A stretch of DNA of 64,000 nt from Terriglobia bacterium (GTDB lineage Bacteria; Acidobacteriota; Terriglobia; JAJPHL01; JAPKYU01), in contig CBDBKE010000003.1 of the NCBI GenBank assembly GCA_965206645.1, forward strand, positions 736,001 through 800,000. Reading direction: 5' to 3'. Position numbers and translations under genes: made by a program. The notes beneath the pieces were generated by a model. That model did not search any database. It had not been told where the DNA came from and saw only the letters and a program-made list of their open reading frames with translations. This document shows, one piece after another, positions 29,359-39,722 of the stretch; within the stretch, counting starts at the first letter, position 1, and each line of letters starts with the position of its first letter.

Positions 29359-30660
29359 ATGGCGCTGCGCGGTGACATTGTGCCGCGGCTGGTTGAGTTG
29401 GTTGGTCCGGAACACGTGGCTGGTGACACCGTTTTCCCCGGCACCGCTGAGGAAGTCGCCGCCGTGCTCGCGCTGGCCAACACCGAGCACCTCCGCGTCA
29501 TCCTGGCGGGAGGCTCCACGCAGCAGGAGCTGGGCGCAGCGCCCGGCGGCGGCGACCTGACCGTGTGCCTGCGGCGCCTGAACCACCTCAAGCAGTACGA
29601 ACCGGCGGACCTGACCGCCAGCATGGGAGCAGGTTTGACGATGGCTGAGCTTTCCGCCGCTCTGGCGCCGCACCGGCAGTGGCTCCCGCTGGGGGTCGCC
29701 TGCCCCGAGCACGCCACCATCGGCGGCGCGCTGGCAACCAACTCCAGCGGCCCGTTCCGTCTCTTCTACGGCACCGCGCGCGACATGGTGATCGGGATGC
29801 ACTTCGCCACCGTCGAAGGGAAGGTGGTGAAGAGCGGCGGCATGGTGGTGAAAAACGTCGCGGGCTACGACATGGCCAAGCTCATGATCGGTTCGCTCGG
29901 GACGCTGGCCGTCATCACTGACGTGACTCTTAAGCTGTTCCCACGGCCCGCGACCGAAACCAGCGTGCTGGTGTTCGGCTCGCTGGCCCATGCGCTGGAG
30001 GCGCGAGGCGCGATCCTGAGGTCGGTCCTCTCGCCGCTGGCGCTGGACCTGCTGGACGGTGGCGCCGCCTCATTGGTGGGCCAAGCCGCTGCCCGGCAGT
30101 TACCGCGCGGCGAGTTTTTGCTGGCGGTAGCCTACGGTGGCGTAGAACGTGTGATCGAGCGCAGCCGCGGCGAGGTAGCCACACTGGGCCGGGACGCCGG
30201 CGCCACCGACTCCGCCACCCTGGCCGGCGAGCAGGAGCATCACCTGTGGCAGGCCGTCTGCGACCTGCCGGCGACCTTCTCTGCCGCCCATCCACACAGC
30301 GCCCGCCTTAAGCTCTCCTCGACACTGCTAGGGATGCAACCCCTGCTGGAGACCGCCATAGGCGACCTGCGCCGGCAAGGGGCGGAAACGGCGCTGGTCG
30401 CGCGCGCAGGTTCCGGCGTATCCTATCTGTACGTCTGTGGCTTGTCCGTCAGTGGGGCGGACCTGCTCGGGTTTTGCCGAAACACTCAGCGGGTGGCTCT
30501 CTCGCTCGGTGCGCACGTCGTGATTGAATTCGCCCCGCCGCCGATTCAGGCCCAACTGGACGTTTTGGGTCCGCCTCGGGACGACTACGCCATCATGCAG
30601 AAACTCAAACAGTCCTTCGACCCCAAGGGCATCTTGAACCCAGGCCGGTTCGTATGCTGA
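29359..30660 (+). CDS. glcE: FAD-binding oxidoreductase, glycolate oxidase GlcE-like
   Basis: ATIGG, GGMVVKNVAGYDMAKLMIGSLGTL, FDPKGILNPG. Confidence 0.85.
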   Translation: MALRGDIVPRLVELVGPEHVAGDTVFPGTAEEVAAVLALANTEHLRVILAGGSTQQELGAAPGGGDLTVCLRRLNHLKQYEPADLTASMGAGLTMAELSAALAPHRQWLPLGVACPEHATIGGALATNSSGPFRLFYGTARDMVIGMHFATVEGKVVKSGGMVVKNVAGYDMAKLMIGSLGTLAVITDVTLKLFPRPATETSVLVFGSLAHALEARGAILRSVLSPLALDLLDGGAASLVGQAAARQLPRGEFLLAVAYGGVERVIERSRGEVATLGRDAGATDSATLAGEQEHHLWQAVCDLPATFSAAHPHSARLKLSSTLLGMQPLLETAIGDLRRQGAETALVARAGSGVSYLYVCGLSVSGADLLGFCRNTQRVALSLGAHVVIEFAPPPIQAQLDVLGPPRDDYAIMQKLKQSFDPKGILNPGRFVC

Positions 30661-32030
30661 CCCCTGTAGAAGAAACCACGGCCGGCACCTCCGGCGGCAC
30701 CTCTGGCTTCCGGGGTCCCGATCGGCCGCTGTGGGAGGACTACTCCAAATGCATTCATTGCGGGCTGTGCCTGAACCATTGCCCCACCTACCGAGAGCTG
30801 GGTGTGGAAATGGATTCGCCGCGCGGCCGCATCTACCAGATGATCCAGGTGGACCAAGGGCGCCTGCCGCTGGGCGACAGCTTCGTGAAGCACATTGATC
30901 TGTGCCTGGATTGCCGCGCCTGCGAAACGGCCTGCCCCTCTGGGGTGCAGTACGGAAGGCTGGTTGAGGCGGCCCGGGCGCAGATCGAACAACAGTACCA
31001 GCGGCCGCTGCTCCAGCGCGCCGTGCGACGTTTCGTCTTCCGGCACCTTCTGAACAGCCCGGCGCTGCTGCAACTGGCCGGCTGGGGCTTGTGGTTCTAC
31101 CAGGCTTCCGGCCTACAGCAGATGGTGCGGCGCGCCGGCCTGCTGGAACACCTTGGGTTGGCCAGCATCGAGGCGTTGTCGCCGCCCGCCGAGCCACCCT
31201 TCTTTTTCCGCCAGCTCGGCAGGATGTACCCGGCGCAGGGACGGCGGCGCTACCGGGTGGCGCTGTTCGCCGGCTGCATCGCCAACGTCAGCTTCGCCCG
31301 GCTGAACGAAGCCACGGTGCGGGTGCTCACCGCCAACGGGTGCGAGGTCGTTATTCCTCGTGAACAGCTCTGCTGTGGTGCTCTGCACGTCCACGCCGGA
31401 GTGCGCGACGAGGCCCAGCGTCTGGCCCGGCAAAACATTCAGGCCTTCCTGGCCGAGCCATTTGACGCGTTGCTGACCAACGCCGCCGGATGCGGCTCGA
31501 CGCTGAAGGAGTACCACGAGCTGCTGGCCGGCGATGAGGAATACGGCGAGCGCGCCGCGATTTTTGCGGAGAAGGCGAAGGACGTGACCGAGTTCCTGGC
31601 CGAAGCGGGCCTGGTGCAACCACTGGGAGAAGTGGCTGTACGGGTCACTTACCAGGACCCCTGCCACCTGATGCACGGGCAGCGTGTCCGCTCGGCGCCC
31701 CGCGAGCTGATCCGGCGCGTGCCCGGTATCGAGTTCTGCGAACTGCCTCTGGCTGAGATTTGCTGCGGCAGCGCCGGCATCTACAATATCTCGCATAACG
31801 ATCTGTCCATGGAGCTGCTGGAGAAAAAAATCCAGGCCGTCAACACCACCGGGGCCGAGCTGGTGCTGACAGCCAACCCGGGCTGCCTGCTGCAGCTTCG
31901 CGCTGGCATCGCCCGCTGGGGCCGCGGCCAGCGCGTGGGGCACGTGGTGGAATTGCTGGACCAGGCAGCTGACGCTGCCGCAGGGCGGCGGGCGGTCCGC
32001 GACCGCGTCCCGGCAGCCGGGTCCGGATGA
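30654..32030 (+). CDS. glcF: Glycolate oxidase iron-sulfur subunit
   Basis: CIHCGLCLNHCP, SPRGRI, CLDCRACETACP, two CCG domains, ANPGC. Confidence 0.88.
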   Translation: MLTPVEETTAGTSGGTSGFRGPDRPLWEDYSKCIHCGLCLNHCPTYRELGVEMDSPRGRIYQMIQVDQGRLPLGDSFVKHIDLCLDCRACETACPSGVQYGRLVEAARAQIEQQYQRPLLQRAVRRFVFRHLLNSPALLQLAGWGLWFYQASGLQQMVRRAGLLEHLGLASIEALSPPAEPPFFFRQLGRMYPAQGRRRYRVALFAGCIANVSFARLNEATVRVLTANGCEVVIPREQLCCGALHVHAGVRDEAQRLARQNIQAFLAEPFDALLTNAAGCGSTLKEYHELLAGDEEYGERAAIFAEKAKDVTEFLAEAGLVQPLGEVAVRVTYQDPCHLMHGQRVRSAPRELIRRVPGIEFCELPLAEICCGSAGIYNISHNDLSMELLEKKIQAVNTTGAELVLTANPGCLLQLRAGIARWGRGQRVGHVVELLDQAADAAAGRRAVRDRVPAAGSG

Positions 32031-32053
32031 GCCGGCAGCTGGGTCCGGATTAA
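32010..32053. repeat. 22-bp tandem duplication across the glcF stop
   Basis: CCGGCAGCCGGGTCCGGATGAG / CCGGCAGCTGGGTCCGGATTAA. Confidence 0.75.
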
Positions 32054-32058
32054 AAAAG

Positions 32059-32310
32059 ATGAAAGCCAAAGTCTTCGTCACGCTCAAGAGCACGGTGCTC
32101 GATCCGCAGGGCCAGACCATCCTGGGGGCGCTTCGTGAACTCGGGTTTTCCGAGATCGCCGACGTGCGTCAGGGAAAGTATTTTGAAATTGTGCTCTCCG
32201 ACGGCCTCAGTCACGATCAAGCCCGCGAGCAGCTCGAACGCATCGCCCGCGATGTGCTGACCAATCCCGTGATCGAACAATTCTCCTACCAGCTCCTGAA
32301 CCCAACGTAG
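32059..32310 (+). CDS. purS: Phosphoribosylformylglycinamidine synthase subunit PurS
   Basis: VLDPQG, VRQGKYFE, LTNPVIE. Confidence 0.95.
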   Translation: MKAKVFVTLKSTVLDPQGQTILGALRELGFSEIADVRQGKYFEIVLSDGLSHDQAREQLERIARDVLTNPVIEQFSYQLLNPT

Positions 32311-32527
32311 GAGCGGTCACGGCATTGGCGCCGGCGCGCTCCCAGGGTGCAATTTCGCTATTCTAGAGATCAAATCTTGTTATAGACGAGGAGGGACGGA
32401 AGGCGCCCGCTGTCCTGTATAATGGCCGGTATAATGAGCGGATGGCCGGGGAGCAAGAGCCCGGCTTCCAAACAACCCTCCTAGCCGGACGCTTAGGAAG
32501 GCTCAGGAAGCTGGAGAGTTCAGCAAT

Positions 32528-34378
32528 ATGTGTGGCATTGTGGGGTACGTAGGTAAGAAGCCGGCGGTGCCGGTCATCATCGAAGGACTGAAGCGGTTGG
32601 AGTACCGCGGCTATGACTCGGCGGGCGTGGCTGTTGTCAACGACAGCGGCATGCAGGTGCGCCGCGCGCAGGGCAAGCTGCGGAACCTGGAGGAAGCCGT
32701 CCGGCTGAATCCAATCCACGGCAGCTACGGCATCGGACATACGCGCTGGGCCACACACGGCCGTCCCAGCGAAATCAACTCCCACCCGCATCGCGACTGC
32801 ACAGGCGACATCGTTGTGGTGCACAACGGCATTATCGAAAACTACCTGGCTCTGAAAAAGCAACTGAGCGCCGAAGGCCACGTCTTTGCTAGCGAAACCG
32901 ACACCGAGATTGCAGCCCACCTGATCGAGAAGTACCTGAACGGGAATCTGGAGGAAGCGGTGTGCCGCGCCGTACAGGACATTCACGGTGTCTTTGCCCT
33001 GGGGGTGATTTCCAGCCGCGACCCCGAGAAAATCGTGGCCGCGCGCCTGGGACCTCCCGCGGTCGTAGGGTTGGGCAAGAATGAGTACTTCGTGGCCTCC
33101 GACATCCCGGCCATCCTCCACCACACACGCGATGTGTTCTTTCTCGCTGACGGCGACCTGGCCGTGATCAGCCCCAACGGCGTGAAGCTGACCGACTTTC
33201 AGGGAAACCCAATTCACCGCGAACTGCACCATATCACCTGGGACCCAATCATGGCTGAGAAGGCCGGCTACCCGCACTTCATGCTGAAGGAAATCTTCGA
33301 GCAGCCCCGGGGCGTGCGCGACACGGTTCTGGGCCGGGTCAGCCCCGACAAGACTCGTGTGGTTCTGGAGGAAATGCAGATTACCGCGGAGCAGTTCCAG
33401 AACTTCACTGAGATGAAAATTGTTGCCTGCGGGACCAGCCTGCACGCTGGCATGACTGGCAAATACATCATCGAGAAACTAGCTCGCCTGCCGGTTGAAG
33501 TGGATTACGGCAGTGAGTTCCGCTATCGAACTCCGATCATGGGCCCGCACACGCTGACGGTGCCGATCTCCCAGTCCGGCGAGACGGCCGACACGCTGGC
33601 GGCCCAGCGCGAAGCCAAGGCCAAAGGATCACCCACGCTGGCCATTGCCAATGTAGTCGGCAGCATGGTGACCCGTGAAGCGGCCGGCACCATCTACACG
33701 CACGCCGGCCCGGAAATTGGCGTGGCTTCCACCAAGGCCTTCACCTCGCAACTGACGGCCCTCTACTTGCTCGCCGTGCACCTGGCGACTCTCCGCGGAA
33801 CCATCAGCGACGAGCAAGCTCGCTTCTACCTGCAGGAGCTGATGCTGATTCCCGACAAGCTGGAATCGGTGCTGAAGAACGACGACCTGTATCAGGATCT
33901 GTCGCGCCGCTTCTACCGCGCCACAGACTTTCTGTTCCTCGGCCGCAGCATCCATTTTCCGATTGCCCTGGAGGGCGCGCTGAAGCTGAAGGAAATCTCC
34001 TATATCCATGCCGAAGGTTACCCGGCCGGCGAGATGAAGCACGGGCCCAACGCCCTGATTGACGAGAGTCTGCCGGTGGTAGTGCTGAACACTCGCGAGG
34101 ACGGCAATCCGGAAAGTGAGCTGCGCTACGAGAAGACGCTTTCCAACATCAAGGAAGTAAAGGCGCGCGATGGCATTGTGATTGCCGTTGTGACCGAAGG
34201 CGACACGGAGGCCCAGGAGGGCGCGGACCATCTGATTCCGATTCCGCGCTCGGCCGATCTACTCTCGCCGCTGCTGGCAATCGTGCCGCTGCAATTGCTG
34301 GCTTACCACATCGCCGTGCGCCGCGGCTGCGACGTGGACCAGCCCCGCAACCTGGCCAAGTCGGTAACCGTGGAATAG
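32528..34378 (+). CDS. glmS: Glutamine-fructose-6-phosphate transaminase
   Basis: [44 protein letters not shown]. Confidence 0.98.
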   Translation: MCGIVGYVGKKPAVPVIIEGLKRLEYRGYDSAGVAVVNDSGMQVRRAQGKLRNLEEAVRLNPIHGSYGIGHTRWATHGRPSEINSHPHRDCTGDIVVVHNGIIENYLALKKQLSAEGHVFASETDTEIAAHLIEKYLNGNLEEAVCRAVQDIHGVFALGVISSRDPEKIVAARLGPPAVVGLGKNEYFVASDIPAILHHTRDVFFLADGDLAVISPNGVKLTDFQGNPIHRELHHITWDPIMAEKAGYPHFMLKEIFEQPRGVRDTVLGRVSPDKTRVVLEEMQITAEQFQNFTEMKIVACGTSLHAGMTGKYIIEKLARLPVEVDYGSEFRYRTPIMGPHTLTVPISQSGETADTLAAQREAKAKGSPTLAIANVVGSMVTREAAGTIYTHAGPEIGVASTKAFTSQLTALYLLAVHLATLRGTISDEQARFYLQELMLIPDKLESVLKNDDLYQDLSRRFYRATDFLFLGRSIHFPIALEGALKLKEISYIHAEGYPAGEMKHGPNALIDESLPVVVLNTREDGNPESELRYEKTLSNIKEVKARDGIVIAVVTEGDTEAQEGADHLIPIPRSADLLSPLLAIVPLQLLAYHIAVRRGCDVDQPRNLAKSVTVE

Positions 34379-34517
34379 ACGGGCACAACTTCTGAGGCGG
34401 GATCAACTGGCGACGCCTCTTCAAACGAACCCACCTGGGAAATCTAGAATTGCATGACAGCCACCAGGCTGCCAGCTTCCGGCCAGACCCAATCACGGAT
34501 TCAACATCCCTACGGAT

Positions 34518-35717
34518 TCAACCCTGCGAAGACCGGTCTCCTGCGCCTCTCCTGATCTCGAGCGCAAAGGGAAGCAGGATGCAGAACAGCCAACTGAACT
34601 GTCCACCGCCGAAGAACACCAGATAAAGCTGTGCGAGAGGCAGCAGCACGACCAGCGCCACGGCCGCAGGCTTGGACTTCTCTTGACTGTGCCCTACAGA
34701 GCAGCGGCTGAACAACAGGACGGCGGGCAGCACCAACAGGCTGAGGTCATGGATAAGCGCGTGGTAGCTAACCAGCAGGGTGATCACCAGGCTTGAGGCA
34801 AACTGTAAGTCGAATGTCCGCTCCGGCCTCGCCCAAGTGCTCGTGTCCCACTTTTTCATCGACCAGAACAGAAGGGCTGCGGACCCGATCAAGACGACCA
34901 GTTGCAGAGAAGAAGCCGGAAGCCATGCGGCGAACAACGTGTGGGCGAAGCCGCGAAGGTTAGGCATCGTTGCCGGTAAGATGTGGAAGCTTTGACTTCC
35001 TGCTACGGACCTCATTTCCCAGAGCAGGCGCGGGTAGCTGAGCAGCCCCTGCCAGCCCATGAGCAGCCAGGAGACCAGCGCGAGCCATGCGCCAACGACG
35101 GCAAACCCCCAAAAGACTCTGGCTTTCTTTCTTGCGCACAATGCGATCAGGAAGGGCAGAACCAGCTGGAACCTGAAAAGACCGGCGGCTAAGAAACACC
35201 CTGCCGCAAACTGCCGGTTGCTTCTCAGGCTGAGATACACCAGCGTGTAGACCAGCAGCAGCAAGATGGAGTCCTGCCCCTGAAGGAGCACAGCCAGCAA
35301 AGGCACAATCGAGATCGCGACCACGAGAAGCCGATCCCCGGTGCCGAAATGGATTGCGTGAGGTTCCAGCAAAAAGGCCACCAGACCCAGAACGTACAGG
35401 TTGGCAAGGACCCACAGCAGATAGGCCGTCGGGTAGGAGAAATAGGTGAACGGGACGAAGAGGACGGCCTCAAACGGCGGATGGTTGAAATGGAGGGAGT
35501 CGCGGTGAACGGTGTACTCCCGCTGAACTCTTGCTTGCGTCTCGTAGTCGTAGAGATCGCTTGCTGAGCCTTGCCGGACAATCTTGCCAGCGGCGTACAA
35601 GTAACTAAAGTCGGCGGAGATGTCGCTCCTAGACGTCTTCAGTGGCCAGAGGAGCAAGAGGAAGAGAACGGAAGGTGCAACCAAAACAAAGAAGACGAAC
35701 TTCGCTCTTTGGCTCAT
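34518..35717 (-). CDS. GT87/DUF2029-family membrane glycosyltransferase
   Basis: DFSYLYAAG, LYD, FNHPPFEA, GQDS, SYHALIHDL; multiple TM helices. Confidence 0.75.
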   Translation of the reverse strand: MSQRAKFVFFVLVAPSVLFLLLLWPLKTSRSDISADFSYLYAAGKIVRQGSASDLYDYETQARVQREYTVHRDSLHFNHPPFEAVLFVPFTYFSYPTAYLLWVLANLYVLGLVAFLLEPHAIHFGTGDRLLVVAISIVPLLAVLLQGQDSILLLLVYTLVYLSLRSNRQFAAGCFLAAGLFRFQLVLPFLIALCARKKARVFWGFAVVGAWLALVSWLLMGWQGLLSYPRLLWEMRSVAGSQSFHILPATMPNLRGFAHTLFAAWLPASSLQLVVLIGSAALLFWSMKKWDTSTWARPERTFDLQFASSLVITLLVSYHALIHDLSLLVLPAVLLFSRCSVGHSQEKSKPAAVALVVLLPLAQLYLVFFGGGQFSWLFCILLPFALEIRRGAGDRSSQG

Positions 35718-35809
35718 GAAGTCTCTGCTGGCTTGCAACTCGCTATCGAGAGGCGGAGACAAGAACCCATCTCAAGTGGCAACGGTGGGGCGCCCCGGGG
35801 CATCTCCCA

Positions 35810-36742
35810 TCAGAACTCGGAGGCATGGTCCAACCTTCGAACTAAGCCCATTCGCTGCGCAACCGTCACCACGAAAATGTACATGCAGAAATATTCCACC
35901 GCAAACGGAGGAAACCCAAAATAACCAACCACTGGCATTTCAAAGATTTTTACGCTGGGCAAAATGGGAAAAACATAGATCCACTTCGCCGGCGCCCAGT
36001 AGTTCCAGAATTCCCAAAAAACTCCGCACACTGCGCCGGAGACCAGCAGCGCGTAGAGCCGTCCCCGCTGGCCCTGCGCCAGCTCGTTCCCCAGCGAGAT
36101 AGCGCCTAGCCGGGCATTCAGCGGGTCGAGCAGGAAAAAGAAAGCCAGCCAAACTAGGCCGAACAGATACGCAGCAGCAGCGCGCGGCACCACCAGCGGG
36201 ATCAGCAGCATCACCGCGCCGATCCCAGGGAATAGACGGCGGAGGCCAAAGGGAACAGCCAGCGGCGCGTAGGTCTTCTGCCACAAGCTGGCGGCGCGCA
36301 ACAGAAAGGCCGTCTCCAACATCGCCGGCCAGATGGTGGAGAAAGCCCAGGCGTAACCGAAATAGCGCACCGCCAGGTTGAGTGGCAGGTAGGGATAGAC
36401 CCAGTTGTGCAGCCGCAGGTTGTAGGCCTCAAAGATGAGCCAGAAGGGGGCCGACACGATGACGGCGGCCAGGAACTCACGTCCCCGTCCATGGAGCAGC
36501 GATTCCCCGCGCAGTGAGTAAACCGCCGCGTCCACGGCCGCGATGTAGCCGGTCCAGGCAATGGGCGTGAAGAAAGTGGCTACCGGCTCGGTCCCCTGGA
36601 ACATCAGCGCCTCGCCCAGCCCAATCACCGCGAGGCCCAGGTAGCCCTAGCGTGGGTAGGGACGCAGGTGCGGGCGGCTCAGATACAGCCACACCAACCA
36701 TCCGGCCGTCAGCACCCACAGCGCGATGCCCACTGCCGTCAT
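35810..36742 (-). CDS. Conserved multi-pass membrane protein with an in-frame TAG at 36647-36649
   Basis: FEAYN..NW.Y, WEFWNYW..KW.Y, FEMP..GY.GFPPF. The hydrophobic frame continues upstream through the TAG to ATG 36742. Confidence 0.65.
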
Positions 36743-36842
36743 GCAGCTGCGACTTTACCACGTCAGCGACGGGCAAGAACGCCTCTGCCGGCGTGCGGCC
36801 GTCATGTATAGTAAGCTTCGTCCTAGTAAGCTTGTTCGGCGC

Positions 36843-37595
36843 ATGAGCGACGTGGCCTCGCGAGTTGTGGAAGCACCGGCACTGGTGGCGATTTCCGCTG
36901 GCTGGTTCCTCATGGGCAGCCCAGAGGGACACGGCCGTGCCGAGGAACGGCCCGCGCACCGCGTCTGGGTGGACAGTTTTGAAATGGCCCGCTGCCAGGT
37001 CACCAACCGCGAGTATGTGCGCTTCCTCGAGGCCACCGGACGTCGGCCGCCGCCGTTCTGGAATCAGCCTGAATTTTCTGCGCCAGATCAGCCTGTGGTC
37101 GGCACAAGCTGGTTCGACGCCATGGCCTACTGTGACTGGCTGAGCCTGGAAACCGGCGAGTCCTACCGCCTGCCCACGGAAGCCGAATGGGAACGAGCGG
37201 CTCGGGGCGGCGCCGAAGGCTGCTTCTATCCCTGGGGCGACACCGATCCAGCCGGGCGGCCTGCCTACGCGCAGCGCTGGAAGCAGGGGCCCGAACCGGC
37301 GGCTACCGCGCCGCCGAATGCCTACGGGCTGTTTGACATGTGCGAAAACGTGCACGAATGGTGCTTGGACTGGTACAACCCCGGTTTCTACGCCACTTCG
37401 CCGGAACGCAACCCGGCGTGCGCCCAGCGGGTCACTTCCCCAGCTCGCCGCGCATCGCGTGGCGGTTCGTGGCGCCACCACATTAAGATTTCGCGTTGTG
37501 CGGCGCGCAGCAGCATCCCTGCGGAGTTTCACTACGCTGACTATGGCTTCCGCCTCGTCCGCAGTGAACTTCGTTTTCCAGCACTCGCGGTTTAG
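36843..37595 (+). CDS. Formylglycine-generating enzyme (SUMF1/FGE-sulfatase) family protein
   Basis: FLMGS, RLPTEAEWERAARGG, PNAYGLFDM..NVHEW, RGGSW, GFRL. Confidence 0.92.
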   Translation: MSDVASRVVEAPALVAISAGWFLMGSPEGHGRAEERPAHRVWVDSFEMARCQVTNREYVRFLEATGRRPPPFWNQPEFSAPDQPVVGTSWFDAMAYCDWLSLETGESYRLPTEAEWERAARGGAEGCFYPWGDTDPAGRPAYAQRWKQGPEPAATAPPNAYGLFDMCENVHEWCLDWYNPGFYATSPERNPACAQRVTSPARRASRGGSWRHHIKISRCAARSSIPAEFHYADYGFRLVRSELRFPALAV

Positions 37596-37636
37596 CGCCA
37601 CGTAATGCGCAGGCTGGCGCTACAATAAAGGCTCCC

Positions 37637-38911
37637 ATGGTCTCTGCGAATGGCAATCGTCTGCGGCGCGTGGTGGTAACGGGCATCGGCGCCGTCAGCC
37701 CAAACGGCGTGGGCCGTGAGGCCTTCTGGCAGGCGACCTGCGAAGGACGCAGCGGCATTCGCCGCATCTCCCTGTTTGACCCTTCGTCGCTGCCCGTGCA
37801 CATTGCCGGGGAAATCCCCGGCTTCGAGCCGGACCGCTACGTTACTCCCAAGGAACGCCCGCACGTGTCCCGCGCGGTGCCCGTGGCGCTGGCGGCCTCC
37901 GAGGAAGCGCTGGCCGACGCCGGCCTCGATCCGCAGGCAATGGACCTGGAGGCCAAGCGCAACGTAGCGGTGGTGCTGGGCTCGGGCGGCGGCAGCCAGG
38001 AATTCACCGAGGAGCAGTACCGGCTTTACTATGCCGGCCAGATCAAGAAGGTCAGCGTCTATACGATTCCCTCCTCCACCATTGGCACCTTGTCCAGCGA
38101 AGTCTCCATGCGCTTTGGCTTCCGGGGCTTCAGCCACCTGGTCTCCACCGGCTGCACATCCTCGACCGACGCGCTGGGCTACGCGTTCCGCAACATCCAA
38201 ACGGGAGTGATCGATACGGTGCTGGCCGGAGGCGTAGACGCCCCCATCGCCTATCTGATTTTACGCGGCTTTCACCTGATGCGGATCCTGACCACCAGTT
38301 GGAACCACGCTCCGGAGCGCGGCTCCCGGCCGTTTTCCGCCGACCGCGATGGGTTCGTGATCGCCGAAGGCGGCTGGATGCTAGTGCTGGAGGAGCGTGA
38401 ACGGGCCCTGCGCCGCGGCGCGCCGGTCTATGGCGAAATCGTCGGCTACGGCTCTTCCTGCGAAGCTTACCACCGGGTGCGTCTGGAAGAGTGCGGCGAA
38501 GAACCGGCACGCGCCATGCACCTGGCCCTGGAAGAAGCCGGCCTGCGCCCCGAGCAGATTTCCTATGCGAACCTGCATGGCACCTCCACCGTGTTGAACG
38601 ACCGCGTGGAAACGCGCGCACTGAAGCTTTGCTTTCAGAGCCACGCCCCGCGCCTGGCGACCTCCGCGTTAAAATCCATGATTGGCCACCCACAGGGAGC
38701 CTGCGGAGCCGCCGGAGTGGCGGCCACGCTGCTGGCAATGCGAGACAGCCTGGTGCCTCCTACCATCAACCTGGATGAGCCGGACCCGGAATGTGACCTG
38801 GATTATTCACCCCAGCCCGGGCGCCGGATGGAAATCCCCTACGCACTGTGCAACTGCATCGGCTTTGGCAGCAAGAATTCCGCGCTCGTGCTGAAAAATC
38901 CCAATGAGTGA
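37637..38911 (+). CDS. Beta-ketoacyl-ACP synthase (FabF/KS-alpha-like)
   Basis: VVVTGIG, catalytic STGCTSS, NLHGTST, KSMIGHPQGA, GFG. Confidence 0.9.
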   Translation: MVSANGNRLRRVVVTGIGAVSPNGVGREAFWQATCEGRSGIRRISLFDPSSLPVHIAGEIPGFEPDRYVTPKERPHVSRAVPVALAASEEALADAGLDPQAMDLEAKRNVAVVLGSGGGSQEFTEEQYRLYYAGQIKKVSVYTIPSSTIGTLSSEVSMRFGFRGFSHLVSTGCTSSTDALGYAFRNIQTGVIDTVLAGGVDAPIAYLILRGFHLMRILTTSWNHAPERGSRPFSADRDGFVIAEGGWMLVLEERERALRRGAPVYGEIVGYGSSCEAYHRVRLEECGEEPARAMHLALEEAGLRPEQISYANLHGTSTVLNDRVETRALKLCFQSHAPRLATSALKSMIGHPQGACGAAGVAATLLAMRDSLVPPTINLDEPDPECDLDYSPQPGRRMEIPYALCNCIGFGSKNSALVLKNPNE

Positions 38912-38966
38912 AGAATGGGAGTACAGCCTTTCCTTCTTCACTCTTCACTTATAACTTTTGATTGCT

Positions 38967-39650
38967 ATGTTCGTGGCCGACCGGCGCATCCATGTCCAGG
39001 AAATGCTCGACGTCGGCGCGGGTAGTGACGCCGAGGTCGCCGAGAGTCTGGCTGACCTGCGGCGAATCAACCGATTCCTGGGCGGTCGAGGTGTGCTGCG
39101 GAAGCTGTTGCGCGAACAGGTGCGGCGCACGGGTTTGCGGGCCTTTTCCCTGCTGGACGTAGCCACCGGCTCCGGTGATCTGCCGGCGGCGGTGCGGCGC
39201 TGGTACCCTCAGGCGCACGTCACCGCTCTGGAGTTGCACCTACGCCACCTGCGCCTGGCCCAGACGCCCGGCGTCGGGCTGGTTTGCGGCAACGCCTTCC
39301 ACGCCCCGTTTGCGACGCGCTCCTTCGACTTTGTGGCCGTCTCCCTGTTCCTCCACCATTGGCCCGACGTCGAGGTGCCGCACCTGCTGCACGAGCTGGC
39401 GCGGCTGGCTCGCCGCGCTCTGCTAATCAATGACCTGGACCGCCACTGGGTGCCGTTCTACTTCCTCCGCTGGACGGCGCCGCTGTTCGCACGCAGTCCG
39501 ATCACCCGTTTCGACGGGCCGGCCTCCGTGCAGCGCGCCTTCGGGCCGGGCGAGCTGAAACAGGCAGCAGGAGAGGCCGGCTTCCGCCACTTCCGCACGC
39601 GCTGGCACGTGCCTTTCCGCAGGTCGTTGGTGGTGGAGCTGGATAACTGA
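38967..39650 (+). CDS. SAM-dependent methyltransferase
   Basis: LRRINRFLGG, LLDVATGSGD, LFLHH, INDL.R, DGPASV. Confidence 0.85.
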   Translation: MFVADRRIHVQEMLDVGAGSDAEVAESLADLRRINRFLGGRGVLRKLLREQVRRTGLRAFSLLDVATGSGDLPAAVRRWYPQAHVTALELHLRHLRLAQTPGVGLVCGNAFHAPFATRSFDFVAVSLFLHHWPDVEVPHLLHELARLARRALLINDLDRHWVPFYFLRWTAPLFARSPITRFDGPASVQRAFGPGELKQAAGEAGFRHFRTRWHVPFRRSLVVELDN

Positions 39651-39722
39651 TTGTCGATTTCGGATTGTCCATTGCCTGTGGCCGAGACCTGATGGCTGAA
39701 GGCTGACACCGGAGAGCCATTT

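Noticed and set aside
32311-32527. glmS ribozyme upstream of glmS (GGCGCC, GACGAGG and GCGGATG fragments present)
   Set aside because: No AGCGCC cleavage context, no P1 pairing and no ATCGA core. An Infernal scan would be needed, so it is not called.
34448-34465. Possible IS-type end (GGTGGCTGTCATGCAATT on the minus strand) beside the GT87 gene
   Set aside because: Weak match to the cassette ends; no partner end or target duplication found.
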